This document shows positions 9,875 to 19,600 of a stretch of DNA of 64,000 nucleotides, piece after piece; position 1 is the stretch's first letter, and each line of letters opens with the position of its first letter. Source of the stretch: Zygnema circumcarinatum SAG 698-1b (taxonomy: Eukaryota; Plantae; Zygnematophyceae); the NCBI GenBank assembly GCA_037447605.1, contig CM074808.1, positions 1 through 64,000 on the forward strand, read 5' to 3'. The translations under genes were made by a program, and so were the position numbers. A model generated the notes under the pieces. The model made no database searches. It was not told the origin of the DNA and saw nothing but the letters and a program-made list of their open reading frames with translations.

Positions 9875-12800
9875 TCAGGCCGAGCCTCTCAGAAGCTTCC
9901 GCAGAAGAGAGTAGCCGGGCGCGGAGGCGAGCACCTCCACCGGCCCGAGTTGACTCACATAAGGCGTCTCGGCGAGGATCAGAGTTGAGGAGATTCTGCA
10001 CAGTTGAAGGGTTTTAAGGGGTTCAAGATGATGTAGGTCCTAGAAATTTGAGTGGGGAGTTTGTATCTCCATTCTCAAGCATACGTTTGAACAGATCCAC
10101 AGGCTTAATGCTTATTAGAGATGTTAGGGTCATCAAAGCTTGGGCTTCACAAAAAGGCATTGTGTATTTTCAAGCTTTTTCGGGTTTTTGACATTCAGAT
10201 TTCGAGAGTTTTTGGTCGATTTGAAGTTCGAAGTTCTATAAGGTTTGGGTCTTCTGAGCTTCCATCCATGGCAAATCCTCCAGCACTTGCACAATCGAAC
10301 GTGAAGGCAGGCACATGCAAGGGAGGTGGTAGGAGAGAAAACAGAGGAAATAGGAGGGGAGAAAGGGAGAGAGAGACACACCTTCCTTCAGCTATTTGGA
10401 GAGCCTGAAGGGCTTTGGCTACCGACTCCACGAATGCCACCGGACACCTGAAGAGGACCAACAGAGAAGTATATAATTGAACTTCTAAACAAAACAGTAG
10501 ATGCAGATCCAGATCATCCAGAGTATATTTGACTCGCACAAACATACAAGTGGGAAAGTTGCAAAACAGGAGAATGAAAAAATAAAGGACACAGCGAGCA
10601 TGAAAGAGAGAGACACAGAATGAGAGAGTGAGAGATTGAGAGAGCAAGCGAGGGAAAGAGAGAGAGAGAAAGAGTCCAGTGTTGTGCATCCACACCGAGA
10701 ATAGAACACTGCACTGGGCATCCGTGTCCCAACCATCAGGAGCGCCTCCTCAGGCCTCTGCAGCCCAGCTCCCCAGTCCTGCATTCAGAAGCCTGGCAAG
10801 ACACTCCCCATCCTTCCTCTCTCTTCGATTCCCGACCAACTCGTCCTTTCATTCCCGTCACTCCGTCCCTCGTCCCGCTACATTTTTTCGCCCAACTCCA
10901 TTCTCTTTCCTCTCATTCCCTCTACCTCTTGCCCTCTTGTCGACCCAAGTTTTCCCACCCTCTCCCTCTACATCTTTCTCCCAACTCATCTCCCATCCTT
11001 CTCTACTATTTTCCTCACTAACTCCCCATTGGCACACTTTTCCTTTTCCCTGCATCCCCACTACCCCTAACCCCCCTCTGTCTTCCTCACCCAATCCTTT
11101 TCCCTCGTTCTACCTTCTCTTGCCTGACTCCTGTCGCCAACCTTTCCCTCCACCCACCTCGTCTCCACACCATTCCCAACCCTCGTTTCTTTCTCCTTTC
11201 CCTCGTTACTACTGTCCTTTTCCCCTCCCAATCCTCCCTGATCCGTACCCCTATCCCCCTCTCCCTCACCCTGAGCTGTGCGGCCAGCAGCGCGAGGCGC
11301 CTGACGGGCTCCTGCAGCGCGGCGTCCCAGCAGGCGCAGAGCGGGCACAGGAGCAGCGCTACCAGCACCACCGTGGCGCCCGCGTGAACCACCCACAGCG
11401 GCAGCAGGGCGCGCGGCCCCGCACCCGCCCTCTCCCTCTCCCTCTCCCTCTCCCTCTCCCTCTCCCTCTCCCTCTCCCCCGCCGCCGCCCCCTTCTCCGC
11501 CTCCGTCCTTCCGGCGCGCCGCGCGCTCACTGTCACCTGCGACGCGCCCAAAACAGATTTGTGAGTGGGGGGCCACGCGCACACGTGCCTGAGTGAGTTT
11601 GTGTAAGTATATACGTGAAAGAGTGAGAGAGTGAGCGAGAATGGACCTGCAGGAGAGAGGCATGAGAGATAGCGAATTCTGCTGTCCGCGTAGCGAGCAT
11701 GCCGGCTGCACCCAGCACGAGGAGGCCCCGGATGTGCAGCATTCGCTGGGTCACCAAAGCGACAACCTCCCTCACCTGCACTTGCATAACCGTAACACAC
11801 TGAAAGCCTAAATCCCCAAGAACAAAATTTCCATACTCGATTATCCTCGGACCTTCTGGAAAGCGAAGATAAATAAAAAGATACCCTCCATGCAGAAACA
11901 ACTGACCCCTGAATACTCTACAACCTCCTTGACATCCCGACACCTCCACTCTACAGCATGAACCGCGGAAAGCGCGCCTCTATTACAAGGCGAGCACGCA
12001 CTTTGGGATCGGACGAGGAGGCGAGCAGCGCCGGCAGCTGCCACAGCAGGCCGGCGAGGACCTGGTACGCGGCGGCGGCGGTCAGGGAGCCGTCGCGACC
12101 GCGCCGAAGCTCGGCGGCGGTCAGGAGGGCGAGGGGAGCGGCCAGGGGGAGGTAGTACGAGGGCAGCTGCAGAAGACGCGGAGGGAGAGGAGAAAGAGGG
12201 AGAAGACGAGGGGAGGAAGGGAGGCGAGAGGGAGAGAGAAACATAGAGAGGCACAATGGGAGAAGGAGAACGGCAAAAAAATGGTTGGTGAAGGAAAAGT
12301 AAACGAGGCACTGATGGATCATACGAGACGAGAAGAGTGGGAGAGAGAGGCGAGACGGGAGGAGGGGGGGCGGAAGGGGGATAAAAGAAAGAGAAATCGG
12401 ACTGACAGTGGGACAAAGAGGGAGAGAAAGGAGAGAGAGGCGCATAGGGAGTCGGGCGTCTCGAGCTCCCGTACCTGAGATGCTGAAAGTGCAAAAAAAG
12501 CGAAGGTGCAAAGCAGCCACACAGTCGCCAACAATGGCAGGCGCCCCTCCCTGGGCTGCTGCCTCCACCAGAGGACGCGCTCCCAGTTGAACGGAACAGA
12601 ACGGAACAGTGCGGATGGTAGAACTAGCGACCATGGAAAGTACGCGAGCACAACTACCACGAGTCCATAAAACCAAGGTCTGCCTCCATGGTGGTTAACT
12701 CCCTGCACGTATCTCTGCCAGCCGGAAAAAGGACGGAAAGGGGTGAGGAGACCAGGAACATCTCTCCTCCCACACTCCACTGTCTTCCCTCTGTGTCTCA

Positions 12801-15800
12801 CCTCGTCACCTACCCTACATATCTCCACTCTCTCGACCCACACTCTCGCGTCAGATACGCCCTAACAGTGTTTCCTATCTTTCGTCTCGTGAACTCCCCA
12901 TTCTCTCTCACTCCTGCAACTTCCAGCAAAATCCCTGCCCTCTCTGCCTCTCTCTGCTTTCTCAGGCTCTCCTCTCTCACATTCCGAATAGAGTCCTTTC
13001 TTGCTGTTGAAAACAACTCAGATTCTTCTCCCTCCTCCCTCTTCCCTCCTTCCTTCCCTCCCTGCCACTCTCTCTCTCCTCTCTCCCTCTCCCTCCCTCC
13101 CTCTTGCATCGCGAGCGCACCTCAAAGTTGTGGTATCCAAAGAACGTGGCTGTGTAGGCTGTTCCGTGGCGCCGGTGCATGACGCAAAACCACGGAGCCG
13201 CCAGGGCCGCCACCGATGCCAGCCAGCACAGTGCCCGGCCTCTGCTCTCCTCTCCCTCCAACCCATTGTACACACACTAAATTCAATTCTCAAGAAGCAG
13301 AATAGAACGGAACGGAATAGATTCAGCGGAACAGAAGGAAACAAGATGAAACTGAGCAGGAAAAAGATAGAAACAGAGTGGAACAAAATGAAGCAAAACA
13401 TGCATCAATTTGTTTGCATTTCTGGAAAGAGCACAAAGGAACTGTGGCTTGTAAGCTGCATTCAAGCAAAACGTGCTGATTCGCCCCTCGAAACTCTAAA
13501 ACGTGGACAATATTAAAGCCCCCAAGTTTCCTAAAAGCTTCCATAACGACCATACAATGTCAACGTCTAGACATCCTAACATGACTTAGAACCCGGAATG
13601 GCTCAAAGCCTTCCAGCTAAATCCCCGAAACCCCTCAAACCCTGACCCTTACAATTCTCTCCAGCATCTCCAAGTCAGAGGAAGTGGCTCACACGGCAAT
13701 CCGGTGCAGCTCTCCCGTGCAGAGCAGAAATACCGCCCAGATCCCAACCTGCCCTCTCCGCGCGCTTCAGCTCCTCCTCACAAACATCGAGCCCCTCCCT
13801 GCCCTCACAATTCTAGAATCCCTGGTGGAATCCCAGAAAGCTTACAAACACCCTACTAAAATCTTAAAAGCCCAAAGAACATTGGAAGAAGTCGCCAGAA
13901 ACCCTAACTGCAACCCCTACAAACGTAAAGGAGTCACTAGTTCCACCATTTGGTTATTTGTTCTCTTTTGTCCCTCTGGATTCATGGGAGGGAATGAGAA
14001 CGAGAGACTCACAGGCAGCACAAAGCCCACCGGACCCTTAGACAACACCGCACACGCAGTGAAAAGTGCTGCCAGCGGGGCCCCCCACAGCGCCCCCCCC
14101 GCGTAGCTCCAAAACAGGGCCAGCAGCGCTCCTCCCACAGCGGCCGCGAGGGCCATGTCACTCACGGCAGCGCTGCCCCACACCACCACCTGCACGCGGG
14201 GCTTTCGGACTTCAGGGTTTGCAGGGAGGTTTTGCTCTTAAGGCCTTAGGGCCTTCAGACTTTTCGCAGTTTGACAACGTCCTTAAGGACATTCAACAAT
14301 TTCGAAGGTTTCAGGGATTTTAAGGCCTGGGTATAGGCATCAGTATAACTTTGTCCACTCTTCAACCATGAACAGCAGGTGGAGCACATTACAGCCAGAT
14401 TGAGGCAGAAGGCTGCTGAAGCTGCCAGTGCAGTTGCCCAGCGACGTCCCACTTCGCTCTCCTCCTCATCCTCCTTGCTAGCCTCCATCTTCTCCGCTCC
14501 TGCTTCCCCTTCCTCTTTTCTCCCTCCTGTTGCAGCAGCACTTCGCTCTTCATTCAAATAACGAGGTAGGGATATTGAGAACTTTGCTGCTGTGGCCAAT
14601 AGCGCCGTAGCCAGAAGAGTAGCACACAGTGCAGAGGGCAATCGAGCGGCCCATACATCAACTCCGAAAAGGTGCATCTGAGGATGTAGCCATGGACGAA
14701 AAGCTGGCTTAGAGACGACGATTAAGAGCGGTGTTCACTCGGATGAATGGTATGCCAAACCCTAAAACACCTTCTCGTCATTGCAAATCCAGATAGCCTA
14801 CAAGCCCTGAAAACCCGGAACTCCTAAAAAAGACTCCCTCCGAGACCCAACAACCCTCGAACGTCAGCTTGCTAACTTTCTGGAAGCCATAAAACTCCCC
14901 TTCGGATTTCCTGGATTTTGCAAGTTAATGGACGTACACTCGCCGCCATGAGGTAGTACACAAGCGGCGGCTTGTCGAAGCGCGGCATTCCGTTGAATTG
15001 CGGAGTCACAAAATCTCCTGTCACGAGCCTGACCAACGCTGTCACTTTTTTTTATCAGAACGGACGGAAGAGGTGAGGGAAGTGCTTTCACTCGGGTTGA
15101 ACTGATTTTAGTTTGAAGTGATTTTTTTAATTGAATCGATGTCATCAACATTGAACGAGCAGTAATAGAGAAACCCTTCACCCTTCAATTTTTTCAACGA
15201 ACCCGGAACCTACGACCTCTAGAGTTGCAAGGGGCTCAGCGCGGATGCACATTTGGCGCGCGGCCTCGACGAAGAGCGGCTCCGTGTCGTCCACGAGGCC
15301 GGCCGCCCGCCCCAGCAGCCCCCATGCTGACGTGGCAAGAACGCCCAGCCACGCAGCAGCCACAGCCCAGCGCTGCCACGTGCGCAGGCCTGCCAGCTCA
15401 GCCTCCACGTCAGCAAACGGCAGAGCCCGATGAAACGCAACCGCCACCCGCCGCTGCGCCGCTCTCTCTCCCTCTCCCTCTCCCTCTCTCTCTCCCTCTG
15501 CGTCTTCCAATCGATGGCTAACCTTCTCTGCCTCTGCTTTTCTTTGCCTCTCCCTACGCCTCTGTCTCGCCGTCTCCTTTTTCACCCCATTCTCGCCCTC
15601 TATGCTCCATCCCCCCTCGGAAGCTGCTGAGCATGTCACTCCTCCGCGGCTCTGAGGGTTCCTTCGCAGACGACGTGCTCCGGCATGCGAGAGTAAAGGA
15701 GAAAGCGGTTGATTTTGGCAGCCTCCGGACTTAGAATCTATCGGAATTTCAAGGGTTCCAATGTTTTTGGAGCGTTTTGAGGTTGCAGAAGTGTACAGCC

Positions 15801-15909
15801 TACACTCTTTGGCTGAAGGCCTCCCACGTGCAGCAAGCAGGGGTCCAGCTGACGCGCGTAAGACGGAGGTGGAAAAGCGGGGCGCAGGAGGGGAGGACGC
15901 GAGCGCCAT
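9875..15909 (-). CDS. ArnT/PMT-2-like (GT83/GT39, GT-C fold) polytopic glycosyltransferase of cyanobacterial type, with N-terminal plastid-type transit peptide; about 11 coding exons
   Basis: Exons give GLVDDTEPLFVEAARQM|LVTGDFVTPQFNGMPRFDKPPLVYYLMAA|..FGVDVWAARLPSA..|..WGSAAVSDMAL..AVLSKGPVGFVLP|..APWF..TFFGYHNFE|RYVQGVNHHGGRPWFY..YFPWS..|LPSYYLPL..|..DAALQEPVRRLA..|..LMVGTRMPSAVFYSR|..ILAE..*. This is the motif order of cyanobacterial ArnT-like proteins as I recall it. The leader MALASSPPAPRFSTSVLRAS...GGVTCSA is S/T/R/A-rich. Confidence 0.85.
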
Positions 15910-16074
15910 GGCTTCGCACGCATTCCGGGGCCCAGGAGGCGAGTCGGGAGGGCCTTTGCTTCTTTCCTTCCGGGGGGGGCGAAGCACAAGCGAGCGAGCG
16001 TAGCCGTGGCAAGAGGCGAGGCTGCGCGCGCTCATTGTCTCGCGGGCGGGCGGACGGGCGGGCGACTCGGCCTG

Positions 16075-16144
16075 CGACCGACTGACCGACTGACTGACCG
16101 ACCGACTGACCTACTGACCGACTGACTTGACTGACTGACTGACT
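16075..16144. repeat. (GACT/GACC)n tetranucleotide array, probably in a 5'UTR intron of the ArnT-like gene
   Basis: cgaccgactgaccgactgactgacc... On the minus strand it ends in the acceptor-like gtcgcag. Confidence 0.75.
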
Positions 16145-16493
16145 GGAGCAGGCTGGCACAAACGCTGGGCACAAACGACCCAACAACGCGACGAGCTGAC
16201 AGCCGCGGCAAGTTGCCCACCCACCCACCCAGAGCGGCCGGCCGGCCGGCCCTGAGGGGAAATCAATTCGCGCCTTCCTTCCGGGGCCGCCTCCTCTCCC
16301 TCTTCTCTCTCCTTTCCTCTTTGTGGAAATTGTTTCGAACCATTGGTTGGCAGCCTTTGGATGCGTCCAATGGTTGACAACCATTGCCACTACAGGAGTT
16401 GGTATGAGTCATAAGTAGCGCCTGCAAGCATTGGCTTGCAGCGGTTGGCAGCCCTTTGCGTTCCGCACAGCGCCGCGGGGAAGATATTTTGCA

Positions 16494-16518
16494 GTACGGA
16501 CGTCCGTACCTTCGTACA
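16494..16518. promoter_or_regulatory. 16-bp perfect palindrome GTACGGACGTCCGTAC plus TTCGTACA (SBP/SPL-type GTAC sites)
   Basis: Exact sequence, about 110 bp upstream of the phosphorylase ATG in the divergent ArnT/phosphorylase intergenic region. Confidence 0.5.
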
Positions 16519-16616
16519 GACGTCCTGCCTGCGGGGGCCGTCCGTCCGTCCGTCCGCGCGGGGGAGAGAGACACGCGAGGCGACGCAATCAGCAGTCGGA
16601 CGAGGGGGCCCGTGCC

Positions 16617-19600
16617 ATGGCGTCCATGGCGGCCTGCACGCGCTGCCTTCCCTCCGCCGGCCCCTCGACTCGCCTCCTCCCTGCGCTTTCTCCCCGCCCG
16701 ATCGCATGGCGGACCCCCAGGCGCCGTTCTGCCCCTCTGGGAATGCGATCTGGCGGTGGCGAACGCGGCGCGGGGCCGATCCGCGCGGTGCAGCAGCAGC
16801 GGCGCGCGCCGGCGCAGGCGGTGCCGGCGGAGGTGGTGGCGGAGAACGAGAGCAGCGAGCAGTACACGGTGTTGCGCGTGACGGCGGTCAACCGGCCGGG
16901 GCTCCTGCAGCTGATCACGTCCACGTTCCGCGACCTGGGGCTGGACGTGGGGCGCGCGTCCGTGGAGCTGGACGAGGCGGGGCGCGTGCAAGACCAGTTC
17001 TTCGTGACGGATGCGGCAGGGGGGAAGGTGACGGACGTCGAGGCGCTGCGCCACATCTGCCGCTGCCTGGAGGCCGTACTCGACCAGGACGCGCGCCCGC
17101 ACGCGCAGGCGGCCCGCGGGCAGGGGCAGCAGCAGCAGCAGCAGGTCGGGCGGCCCGTCACCTTCCAGCCCGACCGCGCTTCGCTCTCCCTGGTGGATTT
17201 GGACGCCTCGCCGCAGCAGCGGCGGCGCACGGAGCTGCTGTACGGCCTGATGGACGGGTACATCCGCAACGACGTGCTCGCCATCCAGCAGAGCATCCTC
17301 GACCACGTCGAGTACACCGTCGCGCGCTCGCGCTACAAGTTTGACGACTTCGAGGCCTACCAGGTGCCCCCCGTCTGCTTCTTTCCGTGCTTGAAGCGGA
17401 TCGACCCGCGCTGCAATGCTGCCTCCGGGTCGGGCCGCATTCGTCGCCCTGTCGTTGCATCGCCCGTGTCAACAATGGCGTGGTGATGGGTCGTGCCGCA
17501 TCCCCGTCCACTTGTTGGTCATGCACAAGTTGCATCGTGCCAAGAACTTGGGCGGGTGCCAATTCCCTCCCCTGAACCCATTGTTGCTCCTTGTCTTGCG
17601 TGGATCGCTTGTTGCGCTGCAACCACTATTTTCGCATTTACGTTGTTTCCAGTCTCATTTAAATCCTTGATTGCTCCTATGTGCGGCATCAAATGTCTTT
17701 TCGTGCAAAAGGCTGATTTTCCATGTTTAGTTTTGGTCGCTTCCGTTAAAAAATGTCAAGCTTTGGTTTTGGATTATGTGTAAGCTTGGGGGGGGGTTCA
17801 GAATTTTAACGTAAAGCATTGTGGATCCATTAAACCAAGCGGCCGCATCGTGGATCGATGCAGGGGACTGCCTACAGCGTGCGCGATCGGTTGATTGAGA
17901 GCTGGAATGACACGCAGCAGTACTTCAAGGATCAGGATCCGAAACGAGTATACTATCTCTCCATGGAGTTTTTAATGGGTGAGAATCTCGATTTTTTCCT
18001 CTAAACCCCCAGAATATGGAGATTTATCGACTATGCTAACATAAGCAGTGGAATGTTTGGTACGAGGCCGAGTTGTTAACCAAAAGAGGTGGAGATCATG
18101 AATCGCTTAGTGCATTTTAAGTGCGTAGGGCTTTAGTTTCAGACGCCCGAAACACTTCATTAGCTATCTACAAATTTTAAATATCAGTTTTTTGTAATTT
18201 TACAAAGCCTTTAGAAACCCTGTAAATGATTCGAAACTCTAAAGGCTTGTTTTCTTATAACTGTAGATTACATTCTAAGGTCCTTCGACTGAAGGTCCCC
18301 AGACACCCATGATTTGAACCGGGAACGTATTTTTCTGCAGGAAGGTCCCTACTTAACAGCATTTTCAATCTGGGAGTGAGGGATCAGTACATAGAGGCAC
18401 TGCAGCAGCTGGGATATGAGCTGGAGGTGCTGGCTGAGCAGGTGAGATCAGTTCTTCAGTGCTCTCCTACTCTCGCCCTTTTTGACTTTCTGAACTCTTG
18501 AACTTCTGAACTTTTGTGTACGGTGGAAGAAACACTTACAATTTATCATTACTAGGTTGCTGGAGAAGTAGACAGAAACCTGGAAGCGAAGATTAACAAG
18601 GTGATGTGGACCACTTGTTACTTAGTAGAAGATCCTGAGGGAAGGGGAGGGGTTGTGGTATCAGGAAAGAGATGCTGCTCTGGGAAATGGCGGCCTTGGA
18701 AGGTAGTAATTGGTCCACCAGCCCCCCCCCTTCTCTTTCTCTCTTTTCTCTCTCTCTCACTCTCCCCGTCTCCTTCGTCTTTTTCTCTCTCTCCCTTCCC
18801 GTTTGATCATTCCAGCTTTTTTGCTGGTTAACGTGCAAAGGGATACACGTACTTGACTAGATTGAGGGGCATGAATGTGCATCTCCCATGTGCGCTGTGT
18901 ACCCGCTAATTCAAATGCCCCTTTGAAGGGCCTCCGACAGGTCTCGGGTCGGAAGTTCAGCCCTCACTTTTGCCTGCACGTACTCTTCTGAAGTGTGAAA
19001 GGGACGGCTGGGTGCAGATTGGCTGCGTGCTTCCTGGACAGTATGGCGTCACTAAACTACCCGGGCTGGGGGTGAGGGCATAGCGCTGCTCTCCTAGCCT
19101 CACTCCCCATTGCCTCTTCACTGTCTCACCCTCTTCCCCTCTCCTTCTCATTTTCCTTCCGTCCTCCCTCTATCCTTCACTTCCCTCTCCCACTTCCATT
19201 CCCACTCCCTATCTTCTCTCTTCTCCCCTATCTGCCTGTCCTTGGCTTCTCCTTTTCCCCTCGTTTTCCCTCTCACTTTCGCGCTCTCCTCTCTCGATCT
19301 TTCCCTGTCCTCCCCCTTTCTCTCCATCGTCCGCTTCCCAACACTCTCTCGCGTTCCTGTTTGTTGTCTCCATACTTCTTCCCCTTCCTGTCAGGCTTCA
19401 ACTCGATTTTGCTCCTTCAATCCTGGCTCCCCCAGCCTTCTCTATCTCTTCCTTTCGTATTAGATCTCGTCAGCGCCTGAGGATCTGAAAGCTCGCCGGC
19501 CCATATTCCTGACGTGTATCCTCTGTCTCTGGCAGGTACGGAATCCGGTACCAGTACGGCATGTTCCGGCAAACCCTCCGCGATGGCTTTCAGCACGAGC

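Noticed and set aside
10679-11596. 305-aa Pro/Ser-rich plus-strand ORF
   Set aside because: Antisense reading of a purine-rich intron and a GC-rich exon of the ArnT-like gene.
16263-17344. Long overlapping ORFs (16263-17306 minus, 16436-17344 plus, 16589-17317 minus)
   Set aside because: Shadow frames of the high-GC3 phosphorylase exon 1.
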